Of a stretch of 64,000 bases of DNA, positions 29,147 through 38,425 are shown in pieces. The translations under genes and the position numbers were made by a program. Each line of letters starts with the position of its first letter. Within the stretch, counting starts at the first letter, position 1. The stretch spans positions 199,208 to 263,207 of the forward strand of contig CAVSCJ010000001.1 in NCBI GenBank assembly GCA_963726435.1, given 5' to 3'. The notes beneath the pieces were generated by a model, which made no database searches, was not told the DNA's origin, and saw only the letters and a list, made by a program, of their open reading frames with translations. Source of the DNA: an uncultured Coriobacteriia bacterium. GTDB lineage: Bacteria; Actinomycetota; Coriobacteriia; Anaerosomatales; PALSA-660.

Positions 29147-31582
29147 CTACTCGTAGGCGATGGCGTCCCTCACGGACACCTGGGACGCCCGGTACGCGGG
29201 CAGCAGCGACGCGGCCGCCGATATCGCCGACACGATCACGAGCCACAGACCCACGGTCTGCCACGAGAACGAGTAGGTCAGCGGCAGCCCGATAGCGGCC
29301 TGCAGGAGCATCACCAGCCCCCAGCTCATCGGGAACGACAGCAGGACGCCGCCGGCCCACGAGATCAACCCGATCACGAAGCCTTCGGTGACGAACACCC
29401 GGAAGATCGACCCGTGGCTGGCTCCGACAGCGCGCATCACCCCGATCTCGCGCGTGGACTCCAGCACGTTGATGATCATCGTCCCGATCAGGCCGATCAC
29501 CCCGACGATCGCCAGGATGATCGCCATGATCACCAGGAACGTGACGAGGATCCCGAGCTCGTTCGAGAGTGCCTCCGACTGGCGGGCCTGTCCCTGGACG
29601 CCCGTGACCAGCAGCCCGAGATCGGTGAACCTCCGCTCGAGTCGGTCTCCGGTCGCGTCCTGGTCGGCCATGGAGTGCGAGGAGGTCCGCGCCATCAGCC
29701 TAGTGATCGATCCCTTGAGCGACAGGACGCCGTCGAGGTAGCCGACGTCCGCGAAGAACACCGACCCCATCATCTGGCCGCGGGCCACGCCGACGATCTT
29801 GAACGTGCTGTCCACCCCGCGGATCTTGAGCGTCACGGAATCCCCGACGGCCAGATGCTCGTCCTTGACGACGTCTGTGTTGACCACCACGCCGCCCTCC
29901 TCGCCGGGCGTCAGCCAGCGACCCTCGACGATCTGGGGCGAGATGAAGGTCGTGTCGGGCGGCAGACCGATGACCGAGAGGGCCTCGTTCTCCGTGCCGT
30001 CGCCGCGCTTCAGCGACGCCGACGCGACGACCCAGCCCTCCGAAGCGGTCACCCCTGGTACCTTGGCCGCCTCCCGCTCGGCCACTCGCGCACTCACCGG
30101 CTGGGCGAAGGTGATCTGGGAGTCGTAGTGCCACCAGGACGACATGTCCTCGACGGTGGCGAGGATCGATGCGCGGACACTGCCGACGCTCATGACGACC
30201 GCCGAGGCCAGCACCAGCGTGGCGAGGGTCATCGCCAGCCGCCCCTTGCGCAGGAACGTGTTGCGGAGCGCGAGCGCGACAGGACGCGGGAGCCCCCGGA
30301 TCCTGCCCAGTACCCGGTCGATCAGTCCGTGCCCGAAGTGAGCGCCGCTCATCCCGGTCGAGTTGAACGCCGTCACCACCGAGACGCGCGTGCCCGCGTG
30401 CACGGGCACGTACGCGGCTGCTATCGGCACGACGAAGCCGACCGCGATCGCCAGTCCGACCGCATAGAGCGGCGGAGTCGTCGCGCCTGGCCCGAAGTTG
30501 AGCAGACCCCCGGCGAACGCCGCGAACCACGATGCCCAGTAGGCACCCACCGGCAGCCCGACCAGCACGGCGAACGCCCCGTAGATGGCCACGAGCACGA
30601 GATACATGCGAGTGATCTGCCACGAGGTGCCGCCGACGGCCTTCATGATGCCGACCTGCCGCACCTGTTGGGTGAGTAGGGCCGTGATCGTGTTCACCAC
30701 AAGGAACCCCGAGAGCACGAGCGCCATGACGCCGAGCGCGAGCAGCAGGACCGAGACCGCCTTGAAGATGTCGCCCAGCCGGTGGCTACCGACCTCCGGG
30801 ACGTAGGTGCCGAGCACGCGTACCCCGGTCGGCGTGACGACGTCATCGCGGATCTTGGAGACGATGCGCGTGGCCCCCGCGCGGTCGAGCCCCGTCGTGT
30901 CCAGGGACACGAGAAGCTCGCCCATGTCCTCGGGCGCACCCAGGTCGGCCATCGTGTCGACAGAGACGTAGCCGCGGATCTGCCCGACGAACATCGCGGG
31001 GAACGCGTTGATGTCGTGCGCGAAGCCGGCCACCCTCAGCAGCCTACGGCTGCCGTCGGTAGCGTCCACCGTGACCAGGTCGCTCGTGTGGAGGCCGACG
31101 ACCTGCTTGTCCGAGGTCTCGAGCACCACCTCGCCGCGGGGAGGCGGCCAGAGCGTGCCCGCCTCCGGGAAGACCAACTCGAGCCGCGACGTCGTCCAGT
31201 CCTCGGCGGAAGCCAGCTCGATAGCCTTGGAGCGCTCGGCCTGCGCCATCTCCGCCGGCGGCTCGGCTAAGCTCGTCACGTTGCCTGTGCGGTAGCGCAG
31301 CGTGACCACGCGTCGTCCGTCGGCATCGCGCACGCCCGGGAACCTGCGGACCCGGTCGAGCAATGCCCGGTCGAAGCCGGACGTGTACAGGATCGCCGTC
31401 GAGGGATTCGACTTGGGGAAGTTGGCGGTGAAGGTGTCGAGCAGGATGCCGCGACCCCCCATGACGACGAGGATCGCGAATATCCCCACGGCGATCGAGA
31501 GCACGACGAGCGCGGTCCGCAACTTGTGGGACATCAGGTCGCGCAGGACCTTGCGCCATCGCGGGTCGAGTCCGACGGCCAT
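29147..31582 (-). CDS. ABC transporter permease, FtsX/MacB-type with two FtsX domains
   Basis: 811-aa ORF: MAVGLDPRWRKVLRDLMSHKLRTALVVLSIAVGIF.... It has two four-TM FtsX modules (..REIGVMRAVGASHGSIFRVFVTEGFVIGLISW..) separated by large extracytoplasmic regions. It directly follows the ATPase gene. Confidence 0.8.
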   Translation of the reverse strand: MAVGLDPRWRKVLRDLMSHKLRTALVVLSIAVGIFAILVVMGGRGILLDTFTANFPKSNPSTAILYTSGFDRALLDRVRRFPGVRDADGRRVVTLRYRTGNVTSLAEPPAEMAQAERSKAIELASAEDWTTSRLELVFPEAGTLWPPPRGEVVLETSDKQVVGLHTSDLVTVDATDGSRRLLRVAGFAHDINAFPAMFVGQIRGYVSVDTMADLGAPEDMGELLVSLDTTGLDRAGATRIVSKIRDDVVTPTGVRVLGTYVPEVGSHRLGDIFKAVSVLLLALGVMALVLSGFLVVNTITALLTQQVRQVGIMKAVGGTSWQITRMYLVLVAIYGAFAVLVGLPVGAYWASWFAAFAGGLLNFGPGATTPPLYAVGLAIAVGFVVPIAAAYVPVHAGTRVSVVTAFNSTGMSGAHFGHGLIDRVLGRIRGLPRPVALALRNTFLRKGRLAMTLATLVLASAVVMSVGSVRASILATVEDMSSWWHYDSQITFAQPVSARVAEREAAKVPGVTASEGWVVASASLKRGDGTENEALSVIGLPPDTTFISPQIVEGRWLTPGEEGGVVVNTDVVKDEHLAVGDSVTLKIRGVDSTFKIVGVARGQMMGSVFFADVGYLDGVLSLKGSITRLMARTSSHSMADQDATGDRLERRFTDLGLLVTGVQGQARQSEALSNELGILVTFLVIMAIILAIVGVIGLIGTMIINVLESTREIGVMRAVGASHGSIFRVFVTEGFVIGLISWAGGVLLSFPMSWGLVMLLQAAIGLPLTYSFSWQTVGLWLVIVSAISAAASLLPAYRASQVSVRDAIAYE

Positions 31583-32299
31583 CTACTGCTCCCGCCGGAT
31601 GTCGTCGACGATCTCTCCGTCGCGAACGTGCAGGGCGCGGGCGACGCGAGCGGCGATGTCGTTGTCGTGGGTGACCATCACGATCGTCTTACCGCCCGCG
31701 ACGAGCTTCTCGAAGAGCCCGAAGACCGACTCGGCGGTCACGGAGTCGAGGTTGCCCGTCGGCTCATCGGCGGCCAGTATCGGAGGGTCGTTGGCGAGCG
31801 CCCGGGCGATGGCGACCCGCTGCTGCTGGCCGCCCGAGAGCGCCGACGGCAGCTTGTGCGCCTGGTCGGCCATCTCGACCTGCTCGAGGAGCGAGAGCGC
31901 GTACGACTCTCGCTCCCGCGGGAGGTGAACGTTGCAGAAGTCCATCGGGAGCATCACGTTCTCGACGACCGTCAGCGTGGGCAGCAGCTGGAAGAACTGG
32001 AAGACCACGCCGATCGTTCGGCCGCGCCACACGGCCAGCTTGTTCTCGGACAGCGCGTGCACCGGGGTGCCCGAGATGAGGACCTCCCCGGATGTGGGCC
32101 GGTCTATTCCGGTGATCATGTTGATCAACGTCGTCTTCCCGGAGCCGGACTTGCCGATCAGCCCCACGAACTCGCCCGAGCGCACGGTGAGGTCCACGCC
32201 CTTGAGCGCGGTGAACGGCACCTCGCCCGTGTCGTAGGTCTTGACCACTTCGGCGAGGCGGATGAGGTGTTCGGTCTCCGGCTGCGTGCGAGGCGTCAT
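31583..32299 (-). CDS. ABC transporter ATP-binding protein (MacB/LolD-like)
   Basis: Walker [10 protein letters not shown], signature [15 protein letters not shown], Walker [13 protein letters not shown]. Confidence 0.9.
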   Translation of the reverse strand: MTPRTQPETEHLIRLAEVVKTYDTGEVPFTALKGVDLTVRSGEFVGLIGKSGSGKTTLINMITGIDRPTSGEVLISGTPVHALSENKLAVWRGRTIGVVFQFFQLLPTLTVVENVMLPMDFCNVHLPRERESYALSLLEQVEMADQAHKLPSALSGGQQQRVAIARALANDPPILAADEPTGNLDSVTAESVFGLFEKLVAGGKTIVMVTHDNDIAARVARALHVRDGEIVDDIRREQ

Positions 32300-32498
32300 C
32301 GGTCCCCTTCAGGTCCATCCGGGTGGAGTGCGCCGCCCCCTACAGCGCGCACCCTGCCAACCCTACGCCTCGCGGCTTGCCGGGGCGACCCTGTGTCATC
32401 GCATCGGCAACAACGCGTCCACGCCCGGCAACGGCTCGGGAGCCGTGCCGGGAGAGCAGCCTACGCTCAGGCTCCTCAGGCCGTACAAGGGGGACATC

Positions 32499-33920
32499 GT
32501 GAAGGTCAAGCTCATCCTGCCGGCTCTCGAGGAAGCGACGGACCCGCACTTCCGTCCTATCAAGTACTCGCTCTTCCCGCCGCTCGGGCTCATGACGCTG
32601 GCCGCGTATCTCGACCCGGACGACGAGGTCGAGATCTGCGACGAGCACGTCGCGACCACGCGCACCGATGACGCACCGGACCTTGTCGCGATACAGACCT
32701 ACATCACGTCGGCCCACCGCGCCTACGAGCTCTCGGCTCTCTACCGCTCGCGCGGCTCCCACGTGGTGCTGGGCGGGCTGCACCCCACCTCCCTGCCCGA
32801 TGAAGCGGCGCTGCACGCCGACACGATCGTGCTCGGCCCCGGCGAGGGCGCGTGGCCATCCTTCCTCGCCGACTTCCGCGCCGGCAGGCCCGCGGCACGG
32901 TATCGGTCTCCCGTCCGAACGCTCGAGGGCACGCCCATGCCCAGACGCGACCTTGTCGACCCGTCGCGCTATCTGGTGCCAAACTCCCTGGTGGTCTCGC
33001 GCGGCTGCCCGCATTCCTGCGACTTCTGCTACAAGGACTCCTTCTACGAGGGCGGCCGATCGTTCTATACGATGAGCGTCGACCGCGCGCTGACCGAGAT
33101 CGATTCCCTTCGGGGGCGACATCTCTACTTCCTGGACGACAACCTTCTGGCGGACGAGAGGTTCGCGCGCAACCTGTTCGCCGACATGCGCGGCGGACGC
33201 CGCGTGTGGCAGGCGGCTGGAACCGTCGAGTCCGTGCTGCGCCCGGGGCTGATCGAGGCCGCCGCGACCGCGGGGCTGCGGTCCCTCTTCGTCGGCTTCG
33301 AGACGCTGGACCAGACCGCGCTCGCCGACCAGGGCAAGTCGCACAACGTCGGCCGCGACTACGACGAGGCCGTGAGACGCCTGCACTCCGCGGGCGTGAT
33401 GATCAACGCCAGCTTCGTCTTCGGGATGGACCACCACGGTCCGGACGTGTTCGATCGAACGGTGGAGTGGGCGGTCAGCCGCGGGATCGAGACCGCGACG
33501 TTCCACGTCCTGACGCCCTATCCGGGCACGCGCCTGTACGCGCGGATGGCCGCGCAAGGCCGCATCACGACCGCCGACTGGCACCGCTACGACACCCGCC
33601 ATGCGGTCATCAGGCACCCGACCATGTCGGCGGAGCAGATCGAGGCTGGATACGAGCGGGCGCGGCACGAGTTCTATCGTTGGGGCTCGATCCTGCGGGG
33701 AGCCGCGGCACGCGAGACGATCGGCGAGGGTCTCCGCCACGCGGCGTACCAGATCGGGTGGAAGAAGCTCGGGCCGGCGTGGGACGCGGCGATACGGCTG
33801 AAGCGGCTCGCTATCGCAAGACCTGCGTTGGAGGGGGTGCTCGGCGCGGCGGGAGTCGCGCAGGGCGCGGAACCGGCTGCGCCGGTCGCTTCCCCTTCGC
33901 TCGCCCGTACCCGGCACTGA
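32499..33920 (+). CDS. B12-binding-domain radical SAM protein
   Basis: GTG at 32499 after AAGGGGGA. The N-terminal region looks cobalamin-binding (KVKLILPAL...PPLGLMTLAAYL...VAIQTY). The radical SAM cluster motif is VVSRGCPHSCDFCY. The upstream 86 residues of the track ORF look non-coding. Confidence 0.8.
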   Translation: MKVKLILPALEEATDPHFRPIKYSLFPPLGLMTLAAYLDPDDEVEICDEHVATTRTDDAPDLVAIQTYITSAHRAYELSALYRSRGSHVVLGGLHPTSLPDEAALHADTIVLGPGEGAWPSFLADFRAGRPAARYRSPVRTLEGTPMPRRDLVDPSRYLVPNSLVVSRGCPHSCDFCYKDSFYEGGRSFYTMSVDRALTEIDSLRGRHLYFLDDNLLADERFARNLFADMRGGRRVWQAAGTVESVLRPGLIEAAATAGLRSLFVGFETLDQTALADQGKSHNVGRDYDEAVRRLHSAGVMINASFVFGMDHHGPDVFDRTVEWAVSRGIETATFHVLTPYPGTRLYARMAAQGRITTADWHRYDTRHAVIRHPTMSAEQIEAGYERARHEFYRWGSILRGAAARETIGEGLRHAAYQIGWKKLGPAWDAAIRLKRLAIARPALEGVLGAAGVAQGAEPAAPVASPSLARTRH

Positions 33921-34004
33921 CGGCTCCGCCCCCCGTCCGTGTTGCGACCGCGCGCGGCGGGTAGTCTATTGTCATGGGGACATCAAAGCCGGGGAGGACC
34001 TGCA

Positions 34005-35078
34005 ATGCCTGACGTCACGGTAGGACTGATCGGCTACGGGTACTGGGGACCCAACCTGCTGCGCAACTACATGGATCTCCCGGCCGCAGACGTCAAGTGG
34101 GTCTGCGACGTCCGCGAGGACCGCCTCGGGAAGGCGACCACCCGGTACCCTTCGGTGCGGGCGACCACTGACGCGCGGACTGTCTTTGACGATCCAGAAG
34201 TGGACGCCGTCCTGATAGCGACCCCCATCTCCTCGCACCATCCGCTTGCGATGGAGGCCCTGCACGCCGGAAAGCACGTCTTCGTTGAGAAGCCCATGGC
34301 GATGACCGTGGGCCAATGCGACGAGATGTGCGACGCCGCAGAGCAGCGAGGGCTCACACTCATGGTCGGGCACACATTCGTCTACAGCCCTCCGGTCCGT
34401 GCCGTGAAACAGATCCTGGACTCCGGAGAACTCGGCGACGTGCGCTTCATCACGTGCTCGCGCGTCAACCTCGGTCTGCACTCCAAGGATGTCAGCGTCG
34501 TTTGGGACCTCGCCCCGCACGACCTCTCCATCCTGGCGTACTGGCTCGGAGAGACCCCCCTGTCCGTACAGGCCATGGGACGCAGCTGCATCGCGAACGG
34601 CATCCCGGATGTCGCCTTCCTGAACGTCCGCTACTCGTCGGGGATCATCGCGGAACTCGAGGTGTCTTGGCTCTCCCCAGTCAAGCTGCGCCGGACGGTG
34701 ATCGTCGGCAGCAAGAAGATGCTGATGTACGACGACACGGAGAGCGTCGAGAAGGTCAAGATCTTCGACCAGGGAGTCGACTACAGGGACCCGGAGACGT
34801 TCGGCGAGTTCCACCTGTCCTACCGGACGGGCGACATCTACTCCCCCAGGGTCGAGAACACGGAGCCACTCTTCATCGAGGCGTCCCACTTCATGGACTG
34901 CGTGGCGAACGGGACGAAGCCGTTGACCGACGGGCTCTCCGGCCGTCTCGTGGTGGCTGCCCTGGAAGCGGCGCAGGAGTCCCTCGACGGGTGCACGAAC
35001 GCGCCGACAGAACGGCGAGGTCGCGTGGAGAGACGGCGGCACCCGCGCGAGGAAGCCACCCCGGACCCCACGCTGTAG
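34005..35078 (+). CDS. Gfo/Idh/MocA-family NAD-dependent sugar oxidoreductase (WbpB-like)
   Basis: ATG at 34005 after GGGGAGGA. Rossmann N-terminus VTVGLIGYGYWGPNLLRNY, plus ...HVFVEKPMA..., with the family's usual C-terminal alpha/beta domain. Confidence 0.8.
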   Translation: MPDVTVGLIGYGYWGPNLLRNYMDLPAADVKWVCDVREDRLGKATTRYPSVRATTDARTVFDDPEVDAVLIATPISSHHPLAMEALHAGKHVFVEKPMAMTVGQCDEMCDAAEQRGLTLMVGHTFVYSPPVRAVKQILDSGELGDVRFITCSRVNLGLHSKDVSVVWDLAPHDLSILAYWLGETPLSVQAMGRSCIANGIPDVAFLNVRYSSGIIAELEVSWLSPVKLRRTVIVGSKKMLMYDDTESVEKVKIFDQGVDYRDPETFGEFHLSYRTGDIYSPRVENTEPLFIEASHFMDCVANGTKPLTDGLSGRLVVAALEAAQESLDGCTNAPTERRGRVERRRHPREEATPDPTL

Positions 35079-35099
35079 ATCGCCTTCTCCGGCTGAATG

Positions 35100-35132
35100 C
35101 AGGAGAGGCCCCGCATCGCGGGGCCTCTCCTG
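35100..35132. terminator. Perfect 15-bp stem / 3-nt loop hairpin between convergent genes (bidirectional terminator candidate)
   Basis: CAGGAGAGGCCCCGC-ATC-GCGGGGCCTCTCCTG lies between the stop at 35078 (+) and the stop at 35151 (-). There is no long U-tract on either side. Confidence 0.55.
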
Positions 35133-35150
35133 CCTCATCCGTTCCTGGGG

Positions 35151-38036
35151 CTACCGGACCCGGATCCTGATGATCCTGCTTACGCTCGCGGCGTTCGCCG
35201 CGCTGGTCGCAACACGGATGCGGTACGCGTAGGTGCGACGAGCATGGGGTCGGACACGGACCAGGTATCGACCGGTCGAGCTCACGGACACGCGCTTCAC
35301 AGTGATCCACCTGTGGCCGACCTTTCGCTGAAGGACTGCGCGAACGACCGGCGGACTCACGATGGCGGTGCTCTCTGCGCCTTCGACGGTCGCGACCATC
35401 GCCGCGCTCGCCGTGGCGCGAGCACCCGTCGTCACAGTTCCGCTCATCGAGACGAGCCTGTTGCGGTGGACCGTGCGGCGTGAACTCTTGACTGTTGCGC
35501 GGGCCCTCACTCTCACGTTGACGACGCCTGAAACGACACCCGCGTCGGCGGTCGACACGCGGTACTCGGTCGTGACCAAGGGAGTCACTGCGAGACGGGC
35601 GGCTCCGCTCGAGTCGGTCATCAGCGTCGCGACCTGGACCCAATCAGAGGTCGCGGTCTTGCCCTCGACGCGCACCGTCATGCTGGAGGCCGGGCTGACC
35701 GCGACACTCAGAACGGCGGTGTGGCCGTAGTCGAGGATCGTGGAAGAGGAGCGCAACGTCACGGTTGACGCCGACGGCACGACCGGAGCCGGAGGCTCGA
35801 CCGGAGCCGGGGGCTCGACCGGAGCCGGGGGCTCGAGCTGCGGAGCCGGGGGCTCGACCGGAGCCGGGGGCTCGACCGGAGCCGGGGGCTCGACCGGAGC
35901 CGGGGGCTGTATGGGGATGGGAGGCTCGGTCGGAGCCGGGGGCTCGACCGGAAGCGTCAGGTGGATCGAGTGGGACCGCGCGAGGACGCCTCCGGAAGTG
36001 CTGCGGTACTGGGCGGCGACCACGTAGTCTCCGTCAGCCGCCGGCAGAGTGACCTGTGCGGCGGAGACGTAGGCCGTCCAATCACTCCAGAAGCTGCTGT
36101 CGACCTGGAAGCGCATCTCGGAAGCGTTGCTCGCCGAAGAGGCCACGGGGATGACCACGCTGCTGACCGTCGAGGCGCCACCAGCGAGAACGAAGTCGCC
36201 GGTCGGCACCACGGGTGCCGGAGCCAAGAGCTCGACGGTGTCCGACACCTGGAGCGTGCCGGCGGCGTTGCGGTACTCGACGCGTACCGTCTTGACGCCG
36301 GGAGTGCCGGCGAGCGTGATCTGCACGGACGCAGTGTAGCCGGTCCACGCTCCGAAAGTACCGCTGCCGGGATCGATGCGCATATCGATGGCACCAGTCA
36401 CCGCGCTGGCGACCGCGACGTCAGGCGAGCTGACCTGCGCGGCGCCTCCGGCGACCGTCATCGTGCCAACCGGGGCGACAGGGGCGACCTTCAACAGGAT
36501 GATCCCGTCGCGGGGCTGCAGGGTGACGGCCGTGACGAGGCTGCCGTCGTTGACCGTGGGAGCCTGGGTGCCGTGGATCTTGCGGAAGGTCCCGCCGAGC
36601 TGCACGGTGACCGCTGCCGTGGTCGGGTTCACGAGCGCGATGCCATTGGCGTAGTCGCGACGCCAGGCATTCCCGACCCTGGTCGCCGAGCCCGCCGGCT
36701 GACCGAGGTAGCCGCGGCCGGCTCCCGCGTTGTCGTACTCGTCGTACCAGTAGATGCCGTTCACGGCGTGGCCGCTGGATGACAGCGCGTAGGAGAAGTA
36801 GCCGTTGTTCATGAGCGTCGAGCACAACCCATAGCGCATCAGCTGGTAGTCGTTGGCGGCGCCATAGGTCTGAATCATCGTGAGGTTCGGACCGACCGCG
36901 TTGGCGATCCACTCGGGATAGGAGGCGCGCGGGTAGTCGTACGGGCCGACGAAGATGTAGTCCCACCATTCGGGCCTCAGGGTAGAGTACGGGAACTCCT
37001 CGAAGATGTTGCCATTGAGCGAGTAGTTCCTCATGTTGCCGTTGCCGATGAGGATCTTGCTCCCGCACGCTACGCGCAGCGCGTCGCCATAGGCCTCGGC
37101 GCCGGCGTTCCATGCGGTGTTGAACGACGCGTAGCCATCGGTGACCGGGATGTTCGTGCGCATAAGATCGATCGACCGGTTGTTGCCGCCAGTGACGAAC
37201 CACGACGTGTTGCCTTCGAGGCAGTCGATGAGCAGACCGTCCCAGCCGGCGGACTGAAGAACGCTCTGGCCCCGGCGCACGTTCCAGTCACTCCATGTCT
37301 CGGGTCCGTGGCCCACGTCGGCCTTGGGGCAACTGGTGGTGAGGTTCATCGTGATCGCACCTGTCCAGTTGGCCACGACGGAGGCGATCCGGGCCCCGGC
37401 GGTGTGAGACGCCGGCGGGTTCACAGGCCCACGTGCCATCACGGTCAGGCTGGAGGAGCCGATGGCCTCGACGTGCATGAGCTCGTGATCGACCAGGACC
37501 ATCTCGCCGACGGCGAACTTGGTGACGTCCGCGACCGGGATCGAGGTCGTCGAGGCGGTGATACCGGAGGTGAGCGTCGAACCGACCTGAGTGAGCATCC
37601 AATCCGTCGATGCGCTGCGGACCTCTTCGTTCAACCTGGCGTCCCAAGCTGAGCCCGAGAGGCCGTAGCTCAGTTCGCGCGCGTTGGTGTTGGCCAAGAT
37701 GATGATGCTCGGGTTGGCTGCGCGCAGCTCCGCGATGTGGTCGGAGTCCTGGCTCTGGAGTCCGATCCAGTCGCATCGGGCACGATCCGCGACCGGCTGG
37801 GTGTCGTTGCTGGGCCACCAGATGGCGAGGCGCGGGAACGCCGGGTTGGTCACAACTGCATGCGCGGCCCGGGGCCCCACGAACAGGACCGCGAGGAACG
37901 CGACAACCAGAAGGAACGTGCCTGCCCGAAAGACCGTGGATCGCGTCTCGCAGGCGTGGGTCTCGGTGATGTGATGCACGGTGTGCGCCTCGCAGGCTCT
38001 CCGGAACGCAACGGACCCGATCTCCTCCTGCGTCAA
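35151..38036 (-). CDS. Large secreted protein: GHL15-type putative glycoside-hydrolase-like TIM-barrel domain, two Ig-like modules, a Pro-rich PAPVEP linker, and a C-terminal beta-rich domain
   Basis: 961-aa ORF with a signal/TM segment (FLLVVAFLAVLFVGPRAAHA). The core is PAFPRLAIWWP...CDWIGLQ...GIYWYDEYDNAGAGRGYLG. The family assignment is tentative. The start codon is uncertain (TTG at 38036 has no SD). It is a paralogue of 42962..45071. Confidence 0.7.
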   Translation of the reverse strand: MTQEEIGSVAFRRACEAHTVHHITETHACETRSTVFRAGTFLLVVAFLAVLFVGPRAAHAVVTNPAFPRLAIWWPSNDTQPVADRARCDWIGLQSQDSDHIAELRAANPSIIILANTNARELSYGLSGSAWDARLNEEVRSASTDWMLTQVGSTLTSGITASTTSIPVADVTKFAVGEMVLVDHELMHVEAIGSSSLTVMARGPVNPPASHTAGARIASVVANWTGAITMNLTTSCPKADVGHGPETWSDWNVRRGQSVLQSAGWDGLLIDCLEGNTSWFVTGGNNRSIDLMRTNIPVTDGYASFNTAWNAGAEAYGDALRVACGSKILIGNGNMRNYSLNGNIFEEFPYSTLRPEWWDYIFVGPYDYPRASYPEWIANAVGPNLTMIQTYGAANDYQLMRYGLCSTLMNNGYFSYALSSSGHAVNGIYWYDEYDNAGAGRGYLGQPAGSATRVGNAWRRDYANGIALVNPTTAAVTVQLGGTFRKIHGTQAPTVNDGSLVTAVTLQPRDGIILLKVAPVAPVGTMTVAGGAAQVSSPDVAVASAVTGAIDMRIDPGSGTFGAWTGYTASVQITLAGTPGVKTVRVEYRNAAGTLQVSDTVELLAPAPVVPTGDFVLAGGASTVSSVVIPVASSASNASEMRFQVDSSFWSDWTAYVSAAQVTLPAADGDYVVAAQYRSTSGGVLARSHSIHLTLPVEPPAPTEPPIPIQPPAPVEPPAPVEPPAPVEPPAPQLEPPAPVEPPAPVEPPAPVVPSASTVTLRSSSTILDYGHTAVLSVAVSPASSMTVRVEGKTATSDWVQVATLMTDSSGAARLAVTPLVTTEYRVSTADAGVVSGVVNVRVRARATVKSSRRTVHRNRLVSMSGTVTTGARATASAAMVATVEGAESTAIVSPPVVRAVLQRKVGHRWITVKRVSVSSTGRYLVRVRPHARRTYAYRIRVATSAANAASVSRIIRIRVR
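35781..35952 (-). repeat. In-frame tandem 18-bp repeat (GGAGCCGGGGGCTCGACC on + strand) encoding (PAPVEP)n linker
   Basis: About nine near-identical 18-bp units are visible, translating on the minus strand to PPAPVEPPAPVEPPAPVEPPAPQLEPPAPVEPPAPVEPPAPV. Confidence 0.85.
36500..37630 (-). repeat. Dispersed repeat copy A (~1.1 kb, high nucleotide identity to 43540..44662)
   Basis: Long identical runs are visible, for example gtgacgtccgcgaccgggatcgaggtcgtcgaggcggtgataccggaggtgagcgtcgaaccgacctgagtgagcatcc in both copies. Boundaries are approximate. Confidence 0.8.
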
Positions 38037-38077
38037 AGCCGAGGGGGGACCGGGTCCGTGTTAGTGTTCGGAGCCCG

Positions 38078-38178
38078 CTTCCGACGGCAGCCCGGCTGTC
38101 ATGGGGAGTCGTGACTCCCGGTAGACCCGTGGCTTTGCGAGGCCGGCTTTCGCCGACTGTGCCTTTGTCGCGGTGAGG
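38078..38178 (-). promoter_or_regulatory. Candidate c-di-GMP-I (GEMM-I) riboswitch aptamer in the leader of the 961-aa secreted protein gene
   Basis: Minus-strand RNA: CGACAAAGGCACAGUCGGCGAAAGCCGGCCUCGCAAAGCCACGGGUCUACCGGGAGUCACGACUCCCCAUGACAGCCGGGCUGCCGUCGG. It has the GEMM-I hallmarks: GGC / 6-bp stem / GAAA tetraloop / stem / CGCAAAGCC, then ACGGGUCU...GACAGCCGGGCUGCCG. Compare Vc2: GGGCAAACCAUUCGAAAGAGUGGGACGCAAAGCC. Confidence 0.6.
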
Positions 38179-38425
38179 TTAGCCGCTGCGTCGCTGTTTC
38201 AAGGACACTAGGAGTATCGGGAGGCAGCCGTACGTTCTTTAGCACGGAGACGCGCGTTTCTACAGGCGGTAGGTGACGGCGTCGCGGCCCCTGCATCCGC
38301 AGTCGAGGGTGCGCACGCGCAAGGTGTCGCATGCCGTATCCTTCGGGCGGGACGTTCCGGGACGCGCCGGCGGACAGCGGTGCACCTCAGCCGGCATCGG
38401 CGCGCGCTTCGGCGAGGGGGAGGCG

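Noticed and set aside
32340-35138. Minus-strand ORFs 32340..33917 (525 aa) and 33972..35138 (388 aa)
   Set aside because: They are antisense to the B12-radical-SAM and Gfo/Idh/MocA genes, which carry clear family motifs. The antisense translations are Arg/Asp/Val-rich with no motifs.
35740-36052. Gly/Ala/Ser-rich plus-strand ORFs and a CRISPR-like look of the regular 18-bp repeats
   Set aside because: The repeats are contiguous with no spacers and lie in frame within the minus-strand secreted-protein gene, encoding PAPVEP. The plus-strand ORFs are their complement.
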